A DNA stretch of 64,000 nt from Gonapodya sp. JEL0774 (Eukaryota), in contig JADIIX010000041.1 in NCBI GenBank assembly GCA_027604505.1, forward strand, positions 62,001 to 126,000, written 5' to 3'. Of this stretch, positions 36,901-51,100 are shown piece after piece. Below the pieces are notes generated by a model. It did no database searches. It had not been told where the DNA came from and was given only the letters and a program-made list of their open reading frames with translations. Every line of letters starts with the position of its first letter. Positions within the stretch are counted from its first letter, which is position 1. Made by a program: the position numbers and the translations under genes.

Positions 36901-39086
36901 CGCTTGGTGGGACTCAATGATCTCATCTCTTGAGCACCAGGCTCGAATGCAGGACGGTGGGCCAACGGCCACGCCACCATCCCAGTCACACTCTCCAGCG
37001 TTTGGCTTGGGACCCAACGCAAACACTCCCGGAATCGGTCATCAGCAGACGCCGATCTCCCAGGACAGTGGTGAAGATGAAATGGTTGTTGTTAAGAACG
37101 AGGTTGAGCCACGAACCGGAGGCCAGGCACAAATGCAGGATAGGAAAGGTGTGGCTCGCCCCACCCCTCCCGACTCCACAAGCTCTGGATCTTTGATGGA
37201 TTATCAGCTGATGCAACAGGCGCAGATCGTCCAACTCCAACCAATTGACTTACGTACGGCGGTACCCAAGGAAGTGCAAGATGCACTGTGGGGTCTCGTA
37301 GCAGTTGTGAGAAAAGGTGCAGCGAATGAAGAACAGGAGAGGAAAGAGGGCGAGCGGGATAGGAGGATGAAGGGAGGTGGCCATGAGAGTGATTGGAAGA
37401 GAGCAGTCAGGGAGGGTGTGGCGAGGGCGGAGAGAGACTTAGGGATGGGGGCTGGCTGGTACATGGTAAGCTTTTATTCTCGACGGTGGTAGAGGGTATC
37501 ATCCAGTGTTCAAACCTCATATGACATTAGGACATTGTGTCTCGCTCGGGGCTTCTTTCTTCCACCGAACCTTCGTCGATTCTTGCGAGCCGCACCTGTA
37601 CTCTGGTCGCGCAGCTTCTGCCCGTGCCATACGTTCTTCTCAGGAGGACCTTTATGAGCTTGTACCTTTTCTTGACTGAGCTAAAAGCTAATAATGTGGG
37701 ATTGGAGTCCAAGAAAATTGATAACATGGTAAGGAGCAAGCGAAAATACAGCTCGGGATTCTGCTACAATCCGATTGACATCACGTACCATCAAAAGGTG
37801 CAGGGACAAGTAGCCTACCACCATGCAGTCCTCAGTCGGCAAGCACTGGGAGGTAGTTTCCGCTCATGTGTTAGTTGGGACAGTGCAAACGTAGGTGATC
37901 CTCTTCAGTTCAGTCATCCAAACGGTCATAATACGTTTCTCTTTATCCACCTGCAAGGTCGGCCAACTCTATTTTGAAATATCGGAGTCGGCTGATCCAC
38001 CCCGCTCTGTCGATGTGGCCGAGCTCACACAGGATATATTTGGGTTTGTGTCTGTCGATCCCGGACCAGGAGTTCAGGAAGCCGCCTCTGGAATAGTGGC
38101 TGCCCCCATGATGCTCGAGATGTCGGTGCCGAAGGTAGATCAGGTCAACACGGTTGCAGATGGTCTCTTGTTGGTGGAATACCTGAGAGTGAGTACCGGA
38201 ATCGGAATCGCCAACGGAATCGGAATCGCTAATTATTGAATGCACGTCTGCCTGGTGCAATCAGCGACAATGGATAAAGTATCGGATTGTGTTCGGTGAC
38301 CAAATCAAATGGACCAATTTCTGTCGTTTAATGGGATCGAGCTCTAGTAGTGAAAATCGTTTCGCAAAGTCATTGCGACGAGTGAGTATGACAGGCTTAT
38401 GGTTTGCCTCCATTGCATCCGGCGACTAACAGTGTACGAATTATTCGAACCGCATTCGAAAGGCGGCCTCGGTTATTTCCACCGCTGTCGAGATCCAAGA
38501 AATCTTCCGACGCCCATTTGCCGTGGAAATGCGTGATTTGAAAGATAAACTCCAACGGCTGGAGAAGCGAGGTATCGCTATCGAAGCTTTCACGGTCGAG
38601 AAAACTCTCGATGCGCTGGATCTGCTCAAGTCCTGGCGAATCCGAACAGTTTCTATCTTGGAGCTGATGTCTAAGCTCTCCGATTTTTGTGAGTGTATCC
38701 GGGCGGCACCGACAAGCCTTGCCCCAGAAAGACAGAGCGAGTTGCTTGCAACATTTGTGGCGGGCCTAAGGACGCAAATAGACCCGCTGCAGGATTCTGA
38801 GCTCTGTGCGACTTTTGAGGACTACGTGACACGGCGTTTCCATTTCGATGCATCTAACGGGACTTTCGACGGAGGCTGGACTCTTAATATGTTCGCTGCG
38901 GCACTCAGTTACTTCGTGGGCATGCTCACTCAGCAGAATAAGGCTGTCGTGGCAACACCACAGACACCAGGAGAGGGTAGTGGGCAGGGGGGGGCGCGAG
39001 GTCAGGGTGGTGAAGAGAATTTTCAACAAGTAGGTGGGAGTTGGGAGAGGGAGGGTGCGCTCGGTGATGAGGGCATGGACGATTGA
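33993..39086 (+). CDS. Large hypothetical protein: Q/S/G-rich N-terminal half plus helical C-terminal region, multi-exon
   Basis: A 975-aa ORF continues through GT-AG introns into ORFs at 36917, 37537, 37895 and 38523. No family recognised. Confidence 0.7.
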
Positions 39087-40176
39087 TTGATTCTGAGGGG
39101 ACAGGAGAGACGTGCATTGAGCTTTCGATACTCCTCCACAAGGGTGTGAACAGCTGGGACCATGTATAATGGAAGGGGTCATTGGAGAATCTTCGTCCTT
39201 TAAATTGACTATATTGACTGGAAAAAGCGACCCATTTTTTGCGCGCACCACTGGTCCCAGTATAGAATTTGATATTACTTGATATTATGAGGCCACGCAT
39301 GGGCGATGTACTAGGGGGATCAATTACATTATTAGAGAGAGGGAGAGCTGCTTCATACTAGTATACTAGTATATCAGATACATAATACGAGGACGAGGGT
39401 GTTCGTCATAGTTATATTCTGAAGGGGAAGGAGAGAGCACATTACATTTTTGAAATTCATTCCAAATCACTTCACAATTTGACGGACAGTCCTCGGTTTG
39501 ACTTGACGCCACTCCGCTGCTCGCCACATCGGGTCAGTTTGAGGCACACCAAATTTGGGCGGGAAAGGGAACTTACACGATTGCAAAACGAAGACGGCCG
39601 GCAACGGCGGTGCAGACGCAGAAGGTGACAGCGCGGAACAAAAAACAGAGCGGAGGAGCGGATCAGAGCTAGCGAAGGGACTGAGCGGTCTTTGGGAGGT
39701 TAGTAGGGATCTGAGAGTCTTTTATGGTGGGGAGGAAACAGAACGGACAAATTTAGTGAGATTTGAGTTGAGAGGGGGGATGATTCGAGTGGAGCAAGCG
39801 CATTGGATGATGGTGTCGAAGCGGCTGGAGTACTTTGTGCCTTTCGATGGAAGTGCAGCCGCAGACGGAGAGCATTGGAGGACTTCAATTGTGCCCACAA
39901 CAGAAGAAGAGGAAAACGATGATAAGATTTAGAGCGGGGGAGTGAGTCGTGGAAATCTTTTGCAGAGTGCGACGAGTGGGTGGAGAACGGAGTCAGGATA
40001 ACAGGAGCTTCTTCTGGAATGGGACCACTGCAATCGCATCGGCGGGACCTTTCCCGTTTCTTGCTCATCTCTATTTTGTCCCCTCATTTCTTCCCTTGGC
40101 TGCCGCCATTTGTCACCTTGGGGTGTCCTAATGCTCCCCGATACCCCAAAATTTTCCAGACTCCCACGCTCCACAC

Positions 40177-43100
40177 ATGTCCTCCACGCTCAGGACGAGG
40201 TCCCGCACTCAGCCTCCTCCGAAGGATAGGCAAAGACTAGGCCGCGATCAGAGAGATTCGAGAGACTCGAAAGATACAAGAGATTCCAGAGACCGAACTT
40301 CCAGATACGGAGTCTCTGGGCACTCCATCCCGACAATCTCCCCCCCTCTGACTCATACGTTCACCCACATTCCATCCCCGCAATTTCCTCCCGCTTCCCC
40401 ACAATTTCCCTCCACCGCGTCTTACGTCTCGCCTCGCTTGCCCCTGCCCTCACCGCCAACTCCCGCATCCCTTGAAGCTGCAGCTCGTCGCGCTTCTTCC
40501 TTGGATCTGGGTGGCCGTGTAGCATCTGAACTTCCGTCTTCCCCGCTCGCTTCTGAGTTCTCTCCATCATCTTACAATGACGGCGTCTCTTCTCCAGTGA
40601 CACCTTCCCCACCCACCTCCCGTCAGATCTCCACTTCCGCATCGTACTCGTCTATCAACCCGTACCTCCCGTCATCTCCTCCTAATCCCCCCTCCGATCC
40701 TCCATACTCCGGCACCTCGCACTCCTCCTCCAACTCCACCTCGTCATCCCTCCTTGGCCTCTTCTTCTCTCGTGCTTCCAATATCCGGAGCAAGAGCTCC
40801 GCAGCACCACGCGTTGGATCGTCTGGCTATGCCCCATCACAGCAGCCCCACCAACCGCAAGCGAACACAGCAGGTACGTCCCCTGTTCTTCTCTGAGCGG
40901 TAGCAAAGTGCTCATTAGAAGAACGAGATCCGGGGGAAAGTAGAAAGTTGTTTGCGATTGCGCCTTGTGCCCCAAAATTGAGACATGTTTCTGGAGTTCT
41001 CACTCAGTGGAACAAACCCGTGTGGTGGTTCATCGAGGCATGGTGGCGGCATTCTTGAGAGGTTCTGATTCGCGTCACCAATCACTTACCTGAAGTCATT
41101 TGATCTCTTTGAAGCCGCGCGTCCTATCTCCTACGCTCCTCCCTCCTCTGCCCCAGCCACTTCGGTCGCCCCCCCTCTCTCCCCTCCCCTCGCTCCTACC
41201 TCTCTGAGGGCCGATGACCCAGCTAATGTCCGTTCCCTGACGCAAGTCTACGACCAACTCCGACGGGATGAGCAGCGGATCCGAGATCACCTTGTCCGTC
41301 GTCAGTCATCGAGAAGGGGGAGGAGGCCTGCCGGAGACATGGATTTTGAATCCGATGTCGGGGCATTATCAAACAAGACGCAAATGCTTGGGGTTGATGC
41401 AGTAGCTCATTCTGTGTCGGCCACTGCGGTTGCTACCTCCGTCTCAGCTTCGACATCCCCACCCAGGCCCTCTGTGTCAACAAATGCAACCATCCAACAA
41501 CATGTGGCTCGATCCAGTGATGGAGCCTCGGCAGTAACTGTTCGGCCTCAGGCGCCGATGCAGGGGATTACAGATACCTCAAATGCTCATCATGTGCCGA
41601 GGCCAGGAGTGAGGAGAGTTGATGGACCGGTGAGTAATCAGGCAGACTCAACAATACCTTGCAAACGCCAGCCCAGCATATGTAACCTCTTTCGTGAATC
41701 GTGGTTGAAATTGGTCTCCTTTTATGTAGTCCACATCCACCGCCACTTCACTAACATCCACACCTACTCCAAGTATTACTTCTCCCCCTTCTCTCGACAT
41801 CGTCACCGTTACGCCAGTCCCACCCGTGTCATTCCCCACATTATCTGCATCACATACAGGTGGGGCAGCAGGAGCGGAGGAGATTCACGCTGTGCCGAAT
41901 GCTGCAGCTGTCGTGCAACTAGTGACGAATGGCATCACCTCCCCCAAACGGCCTCAAATCGGTGACGATAGCTCCCCACAACGACCTCAGGTTGCGGCGG
42001 CGTACACGATAGCCGGAGTGGCACCTGTTGCCCCACCCAGAACACCACCAAGACAGGTGCCACTTGGTGCAAGGCCACAGCCTGTAGTGCATGGTCAATC
42101 AGGGTTGGGAACAAATCATAGTCAGCTACACACACAGGTCCCCTCAGCTGCGCCCGCCGCCGGCCCTGCCGCCCTTCCAAATATGGGAATGGGACCTAGC
42201 TCTGCTCAACCCCATGCTCGAACAAGCGTCAACGGAGCTGCTCCGCCTTTGCCGCCGAAGCTCGGAGGGAGAGACCGACGGAGGCTCCTAGAGTCGCCTG
42301 ACCTTGTGCCCTCTAAAAGTGATGACAGAGAGGCACTTTCGTCGCAAATTGGTAGCGACACGCATCCTGGACCGACCTCGACAATTGCACCGGCAGGGTC
42401 GCCCTTGCCGAATCTAGATTCGAGTGCGCCCACTTCGCCGTCCTCCATGCCCGCTTCGGCTTCGGATCTCAGCCCTCACTCGCCGGCACTCCGTCTGACG
42501 ACCCCCCTCGGCTCGTCTGCTCTGGCGCTATCGTTGAACCTTAACATGGATATCGATTTGATCGATGAGGGAAGCGATGTCGGGACGCCGGCGAGCATGG
42601 CCAGGTTTCCGCTGCCGATGCTTAGGAGCATGAGTGCTACAAGTTTTCATGACGTGGAGGATGAAGGGGACGGAGAGAAGGCGAGGGACAGAGGTCGAAA
42701 TTCAAACGGTGCAGGAGGTTCGGTTCATCCCCATGCACCATTGGCGCAACAGCAAGTTACAGGACCCCTGAATACCCATCAGACAAGTTTGTCAGGTTGG
42801 CGATTCCCCCTACCATCCTTCCCCTCGACGGGCGGAGGGGTTGCCGGCTCCAGATTTTCCACAACATCACGAAGCGAAGCGAGTGGGGACGAGGACGGGT
42901 GGTCGGCTTCAGATTCACTGGCTGATACAGATTCACCGAGGAGAAGCGTTTTTGTATCGGGTGGGAACATCTCGAGGGAGTTTCAGCTGGTTGAAGTTGG
43001 GAATACGAGTGGCACGAAGAGTGTAGGCCAGCAGGGGAAAGAAGTCGTCCAAGCACTGGCTGAACTCAAGACTGACAGAGTTCCAGTCACGCCCGGGCGC

Positions 43101-46100
43101 GTTCCTGCGGCCGCCGGCTCCGCTGGGATCCCAGCACCTACAGAACGTCGTCCGCAGGATGTTACTGCCATTTCTACCGCGGAGATCCCGGGTTCTGACA
43201 TTTCCGTGGCGCCGTTGGCCAATCCATACACTCTCCTAGAGTCACCAACTGTCCCCGAACGCATGGCATCACCGGGCGCATCAACACCGTCGTCCCCCAT
43301 GTTCCCTTCCCCAGTAGTACCTGTGCCTCCCGGCCCTGCTATACATACTGTGCTTCCGAGTCCTAGGCCAGAGGGATTTCAATCACGTATCAAGTACGTT
43401 CAGCCTGCGGGGACCACTCAGGTTAAGCCTGCGCAGATCCAGCCAGTGGTGGCACCACCACCATCTCAGTCTGAACAGAAACAAGCGGATGCCGACTCAG
43501 GGGCTCCTGCACCAGGTCCCACACTGTCCCAGCCCCCGTTAGCGAAATTTCCTCGACGTGCCAACACAGACATCCAGCCAGTGTCCGATACTTTGGTCAC
43601 CACTCCGATTCCTATTGCTCCCTTCACACCCGTGTCTCCTCCGCAGCCGTATCAAAAGATAACACGCGGACCTCACCCCGCGACGCTCCCATCAGCTGCC
43701 ACGCCTCTTTCCCGCCCAACTTCGGATGCATCCGCCACGACTCTGATTGAGCCCGATATAGCGGGTGAAGTGCAAGTTCACCATCCCGCCCTTCCCCGAC
43801 GGAGCGGCCATACTCCCACCTCATCAATGTCGGGAACTCCACCTGCACCAAATCCTGTCAACGGAAGATCTGTAACGGCATTTCAACATGCCCCTCTTGG
43901 GACCGAAATATCTCCACCGAAGAGGACCACAAGCTTGTCGTGGAGACCAAGTCCGGGCGACGAAGGTTTTCCTCGGAAAGTCGAAGCTGAACTGGAATCG
44001 GACTCAGGAGAGAAACCTCCCGCTCCTGGAGCTGTGATGGCGGCACTTGGAGAAGATGCATCCAAGAAGAAAGGACGAAAAAGGTTTTCTTGGTTGGCAG
44101 ATGAAGACGATGAAGCCTCTTCTGAACCCCCAATTTTGAGCGATCTGACCTTGCCTGCGATCGATGGCGAGAAGATTCTGGGCCCTTTCAAAGTCTCAAT
44201 TGAGGAATCAAGCACAGCTGTCAAGGTGCAAAGAAACGAACCACGTCCACTTGACCCAGATGCAGACGACATGGTGCCTCTTCTTGAAGACGTCACTTCA
44301 CTATTCTTCTCTCCAGGCGGCATGCTCGGGCTTCCGTCAACGCTAACGAGTCTCAGTGTTATCGACGTGCCTATCGCTATACTCCCACGGTCGTTGCTAG
44401 AAGCACTTCAGATTACATTGGAGGTGTTTGTGTGGGAGTCTTGCGGCACCGAACGTTGGGAAGGTGCTCCGGAAGGGATGAAAGTTACCACTCTGAGATG
44501 CAGAGGTAATTCGTTTCGGACAATTCCTGATGAGGTTGGTACGTGGACAACGTTGGATGTGGTTGACCTAAGCCGTGAGTTCCACCACAGTTTATAAAGA
44601 GGAATTCTATCGCTCACCTCTATGCCCTTTCCCAATAAAACTGTTTATCTTAGAAAATAAAATTGAATGGCTTCGTAAGTAAATTTTCGTAATCGGGAGG
44701 GACAATTGGTGTTTGCACTCAGCTCATGGGGTTTCTTCTATCAGCGAACTCATTTTTCCGTCAAGCACTATCCGTTCGCTATTTGGACTTATCAGATAAT
44801 GCTCTGTCTTTCCTCCCTTCCTCTCTCGGTTTGCTGAGCCACCTGCACTATTTGGGCTTGGAGGGCAACCCCTGGGATCCAGACCTGCTTCCCATCATAG
44901 GCCCGGCGATGGAGGCTGAATCTGCCCTCAAAGTGGCCAAAGCAGTCGTTGGTCCACCCGGTAGAGATACATTCCGAGGAGCGGTCCCTGGGGTTGCTAG
45001 AGACTCTTCCTCCGCGACGGCTTCTGCAAGAAACTGGCGCACAACCTCGGCGATGCTTCCCTCTTCAGCTACAGTTCCATCGTCCCTATCAGATTCTGCT
45101 GGCAATACCCGCCGTTTGTCCCATTCGAGTTTCACGCTCGCTACAGCCAACGGGTCTGCGGAAGGTTCATCAGTAATGGAACCCTCTGATATCTCTCCGA
45201 TCACCGCTGGACGATCTTGGAGTGGTTCTGTGCGAGAGTCGGTATTATGGGAGAATGGGAGACCTGCAAGTGGGACAGAGAGCGCTGGGTCCAGTCCAAA
45301 GTCAACTCCTGCGGATGGATGTAAGTGCTGGAACCGCTCTACATGATCTATTTTGTCCTCTCCAACCTCGTTCTGTCTTTTGAATCTGTTTGAAGCTTTG
45401 AACTTCAGTTTCACGCCTTTCAACTTGTCCCAGACACCAAACCGATCGTCGGTTCTGCTTTCGGAAACTGGGGTCTCTGGACATGGAATCGTCAATGGAT
45501 CTCGGTCCCCTGAACGCGAAAGGACATCGACCGGCTCTTCGGGTGGCGGGCGGGCGCCGTCAGTTCTTGCTCGGTCATTGTTCCCTCCGAGTCCGAATCG
45601 GAGCTCAATGTACCACATGGATCCCACTGCTACTCCAACGTATCCTTCCGCGACTCAAACTCCACCGCAAACGACGCGAAGCTATCGTGCTGGTGACTCA
45701 CCGTTAAGAATCATAGGAAGGACCTTAACTGACAAATTGCCTTTATTCACCAAACGGGCCGGTGTGACGCCAGTGCAGGTCTCTAGTAGTGCCTCCAGTC
45801 CGAACATCCCGGTGCTGGCGGAATCTTCCTCTTCCTCTTTTGAAGTTTCTCCTGTGGCGTCAGTATCTCCCAGCATTGTTGCAAGACGCCAGCGAGTCGT
45901 GCGCAGACTCGCCATGCACCTCCGAGATGTCTATGACCTCGATTTGGAGATACGGAGGACGGAGGAAGCTGAGCGAGAAGCAAGGCTCAGGGTTCTCATA
46001 AAAGCACAAGGGGAGCGGACAGCAGCGTTGATGGAAGAAGAATCCTCCATGGTTCGAAACCGGGCAGGACGTCCACTATCAATGGCCTCTCTCGACTCTT

Positions 46101-47794
46101 ATATGTCTCACCCTTCTATGTTGCTCAGGGAAGGGAGCCCTTCGCGTCCGGTGGTTGCAAAGAAGAGGAAGCCTCCGTCTCACAGGTTGCATATCATCAA
46201 GGAGATTCTTGCGACGGAGAAGACGTACGTTACACAATTAGGACATTTGATGGAGCTCTATGTCAAACCTTTAGAGGGTAGGACCGCCGACGGAACTAGA
46301 GGTGAACGTGTGCTCACTCCCGAAGAGCATCGCCGTATGTTTATGAATGTCGGAGCCATCTACCAGCTTCATAAAGATCACTTGTTGCCTGCGCTGGAGG
46401 AGGCTTGTGTGGAGACTTCACCAGAAGAACAGGGGCTTAAAGGACGAATTGGCCGTGCTTTTCTGCAATTTGCTCCTTTCCTCAAGCTGTACGGTATCTA
46501 CGCCACCTCGTTTGAGGCTTCGGCGAAACTCATCGAACGGTTTGAGTCAGACAGAATTGATGGGAAGGATGGCAAACTCAGCCGGCTGACAGTTCGAAAA
46601 TACAAGGATGTCGTTTCCCGCGCCAGGAGAGATCCAAGACATACTCAGCTCAATCTTCAAGCTTGGATGCTGCTGCCTTTGCAGCGTCTCATGAGATTCC
46701 CGTTACTTCTGAAGTCTTTGTTAGAAGTCACCTCTGACGGGCATCCCGACGAATTTGAGTTAGAAAGAGCTTTGACTGAAATTGAGAAGAGGTGAGATGA
46801 TAAATGCATATCGAATCACTTTATCTCAAACTGAGGCCAATTTGATATTTGCTTTCGCAGGGTACTTGAGGCAAATGACCGCAAGCGCGAGTGGGAGGGA
46901 GTACAATCAGTAGTCTCTGGTGTGCTGAGAGGTATTCGCGTCCGGGATTCTGAACCCGCGGCAATGGTAGAGGAGGAAACCTCGGTCGTGAATGATGGCG
47001 CCAGCGTCTACTCGTTTGAAGCGAAGCGTGTCAAGTCCGTTCCATCTACTGCGTGGTCCACCTCCAGTGCGAGGTCCAGTGCGGACAACGAAAGTATTGC
47101 CCCGTCTTTGAATGGCACTATCACGATCAGCTCTGGTGCGGAGCTCTTGAAGCTCACGACGAGCAGGAGGAGACTACTTAGGTCGGCAAAGTGGAGAGTT
47201 GTGCGCGTATTGGCAAAGTCAGATGTCTCTGACAGTGCTATTGCATACTTCTTGGATGCATATGATGCATCAGGAAGATCTGGCCCTCGAATGGGGAGAC
47301 CAGCTGCGGCGATTAAACGTGTTGGTGGGAGGTTGAAGGAGAGTATTGTGACCGTCATATCGTCCGATGGTGAAGTGGGAAGGGAGGATATGTTTTTGTT
47401 GTTCACTGATACTCTTGTTTGGTGTAAAGTTGGCATGGATGCGGGAGTTGCTGGCCCTGGTCAAAAGGGGTCTTACACTTTGATACGAGCCTTCGACCTC
47501 GATCGAGCAGGTGACAAGGATCGTGGTATTGCTCGTGTGGTGGACAGCCGGGACATGCCAACGCCTGTACCCGGTATGCGGTGGGATGACCCAACGTCTT
47601 CCGGAAACCCGGTTGTGTCCATTGCCTCGTCCTCTACCTCTGTCGGCTCGAGTGGGTCGGGATCTTATGGATCTGGAGACAAACTTCTCCGAGTGAGCGA
47701 TCCTGGCGGAGAGGTGGTGATATACCTTGCTCCGATTAAGGGAGCGGACACTGAATTGATGCAATGGATGGAGGAATTGAACAGCTCTCCATAG
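40177..47794 (+). CDS. LRR-containing RhoGEF (DH-PH) protein with long disordered N-terminus
   Basis: LRRs TTLRCRGNSFRTIPDEVG..LDVVDLS and YLDLSDNALSFLPSSLGLLSHLHYLGLEGNPW. DH domain IIKEILATEKTYV..FAPFLKLYGIY..LLPLQRLMRFPLLLKSLL. PH-like MFLLFTDTLVWCK..WMEEL. Exon 1 (from 40177) splices in frame to the 41339 ORF. Confidence 0.85.
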
Positions 47795-48179
47795 TCACCG
47801 TACAAATAAATAGTTAGTAATGGACTTATTGCGAATTGTTTACGCGCTATGTACTGAGTCCGTTTGTATTCAATGATAAGAAATCGCCCAGCATTGAGGG
47901 AAGATGTGTCCGTTATGCAAGCGGAGCTTTGGTCATGCCTGACTGGCTTTGCAAAACACATAACAACGACCTGGCGCTCGAGACGTTGAGAGGGCACGGA
48001 ATCGCCAATCGCTCACCAAACGAAGCTCTAAAGAATCTGTGGAGCGATTAAAAGCTATCAATCTTCAAGCGCCGGCAATCAGGGTTAGCTCGTCAATCTG
48101 ACCGCCGCTAGTTCACCGATTACATCACTCTGGCTGCTCCGCGAACCGCGAATAGGACTCAGTGACGCGTCCCTCGCCT

Positions 48180-51100
48180 ATGGCGACTACTGTGCGGGTG
48201 GCTGTTCGAGCGCGCCCTCTCTCCGCGAAGGAGCGGTTGGCGAATACGCGGGATGTTCTTCGCTTTGAGCCGGATGGGCAGACAGTGGTTCTCAATGCGG
48301 GCGCCACTTCTATGACTTCTCAGAACTCCGATGCTCTCCGCACGTTTAACTATGATCATTCTTTCTCACCCGCGACGCCGCAAAGTGTTCTCTATGATGT
48401 ATGTGCGAGGCCACTCCTGGACAAGTTTCTGGATGGCTTTAACGCTACTATCCTAGCATATGGTCAGGTCAGTATGTTTTTAGCTGTGCGTTCGTTTTTT
48501 TTCACTTTGGACGTCGTTTCTCGGTGGATGCTTGCGAGCCATTGGATTTTGGTCCGTTGATACGTCAGGAATAGCTGTCGTGGATTTTGGAAGCGTGAAC
48601 CCTAAATATTGACCGGTTTTCGACATGTTCGTAGACGGGTTCCGGGAAGACCTTCAGCATGGGTACTGGACTTGATGGAAACGTCAATACGGAGCACCAA
48701 GGTAAGTGCTCGTGTAATCGCCCCACGGAGGATGATATTTCATTGGATCCCTTGAATTCTTGTATGCAACTTGATGTCTTCCCGGTTTGACGGGAAGGCA
48801 TTGTTCCACGGGCGATCGCCTCCCTATTTCAGCACCTTGATCAAATAGACCCTGCCCGCTTCCGTTATCGTGTAATGGTTTCTTTTCTGGAGCTCTACAA
48901 TGAGGAGCTTATCGACTTGCTGAATCCTCGAATGGCCTCCAAATTGCAAATCCGGGAAGATGGACAAGGTGGCGTCACGTGGACTGGGGTACGAGAAGAG
49001 GAATGTAAACGAGTGGATGAAGTCATGGCAGTGTTGCAGCGAGGAAGCTTATGCAGGACAACTGGGGCCACGGAAATGAATGTACAGAGCAGTCGTAGTC
49101 ACGCCATATTTACAGTGACGCTAAGGCAGCAGAAATGGGAACCACGTAAAGGTGAGCGGCAAAGAGAGTCCGCTGGCACGCAACGAGTTAGATCTGTTTG
49201 CGGAGGGGGCAGGCCTGATAGTGTTGGCCTTGGGATTATGTGCGCAGACTAAATTATGTGCAGAGGTGTTTCGGTGGGAGGCTTGGTTGCATTAAAACCT
49301 TCAGTTAACTCTAATTTTTTTCGCAATGTTGATTGCAACAGTCTCCTGAGCCACCTTTTTCTTTGTCACAGTATTACCTGATGTGACCGCCCAGAACGCG
49401 GACGCTTCTGCTGCTGAGGGTTCTGAGACGGATAATCAGGATTCAGTAATGCCAGTACCAGTGGGCTCATCTGATCAGCCCAATTTGGAAGTAGAGGGCG
49501 AGTGGCACCACATTTCCTCAAAATTTCATTTCGTAGACCTCGCAGGCTCGGAGCGACTCAAGCGCACTCGAGCCGAGGGTGACCGCGCGAAGGAAGGCAT
49601 CTCCATAAATCAGGGGCTTCTGGCTCTAGGCAACGTAATATCGGCACTGACAGAAGAGAGTGTGGCTGGAGGGGGGCGGCCAGGCTCCGCCCGCCACGTT
49701 CCCTATCGCGACTCGAAGCTGACGCGACTTCTTCAGGATTCCCTGGGCGGAAATTCCCAGACGCTTATGCTGGCTTGTGTTGCGGCAGGGGATGCAGACA
49801 TCGCTGAGACTTTGGGTACCCTTAGATATGCTGAACGGGCGAGGAGGATCAAGAATCGCGCAGTTGTAAATCGTGACTACTCAGGTGGAGCAGCCCCAGA
49901 GGAGATGATCAAACTTCGCAGGGAGCTTGAAAATCTTCGAAGGGAACTGGATATTGTTCGCGGAGTGAGCCCGAACATTGATGTCACAAGAGCGGTAGCT
50001 GGAGCACTGTGTGTGCGATGCGGTGCAGGCTTGGGCCCCGCGCAGGCCCCCGTCTCCACGAGTAATCTGACGCAGTCCTGCCCCGTGACATCTGTGCTTC
50101 CGCTCTCAATATCCGCCCCGGCAGCCTCGAATGCACACCTCGCACTTTTGGAGAAGGAGCTTCACCTTGTCCGTGCTGCACGAGATAAAGCGTTGCAAGA
50201 GGCACAGATGCTTCAGTTTTCCGTAAGCAGAATGAAGGAAAGGCGGGAGGAGCAAGACAAAATGGTTGCTGAATGGCGAGCCGAGTATGAAGCATGGGTG
50301 GTGGAAAAAGGCATCAAGAGAAAGGTGGAGACAGGAATGAAGTGCGTCAAGGAAACAGAATCCTCGAAGTTGGAGGTTGGACAGACCGTGCATGATAGTG
50401 ACCAATTCGAGAGTCCAGCGCAATTTGTTGAAAGGCAACCCGACATCACACAATCCGTATTTTCGTCATCATCTGTCGAACCCGTTGTGGAGCTTGCAGC
50501 TCATCCCTTCATTCTACGTCACCTCGAAGAAATTCGGTACGCTCGGACTCGTGCTCAGGATGCTGAGGATCGAGCCGAATACTTCGAGAAGCAGTTAGCG
50601 ACCTTCCAAGCTTCCGCAAATACCCCATTGGGCGTGGGAATCAGTCTGACTCGCAAACCGAGTTTTGTTGGAGGGTTTGATACCCGACCAAGTGATGTTG
50701 AAGTGAAAGCTCTGGAAGAAATAAAGCAGAAACGTCAGGCCTTGGATGTTGTTGCCAAAGCCACCAAGGGCGTGGCGCAAGATTTTGAGCACGGCGTCTT
50801 TCGACCGAGGCAGTCTAGAATGAGAGACCTTGAGGTGCGTGACGTTCCTCTGCGCGGCGGCTGATAACTCAGATTTATCTGTCCGGACCATTAGATTGAG
50901 CACGCAACCGACGATGCGCTGATGGAGCACCGAATTTTGACGGCCATTAAAACAGATCCTGTAATTAAGAAATCCCTCGATGAGATGGGAAGTCCGACGA
51001 GGGAGGTTTCCGGCCACGAACAAGGAAGCCCTACATCCCGAGATCCTGTGAGAATATGCGTTGTTGATCCAGAATGAAGCCGGCTTATGGTATCTTCCTG

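Noticed and set aside
38198..38231. Short tandem repeat (ggaatcggaatcgc)x2
   Set aside because: Simple intronic slippage repeat; no spacers, so not CRISPR-like.
39555..40170. ORFs upstream of the RhoGEF (125 aa plus, 122 aa minus)
   Set aside because: The plus ORF has a non-ATG start and neither has motifs; more likely promoter/5'UTR.
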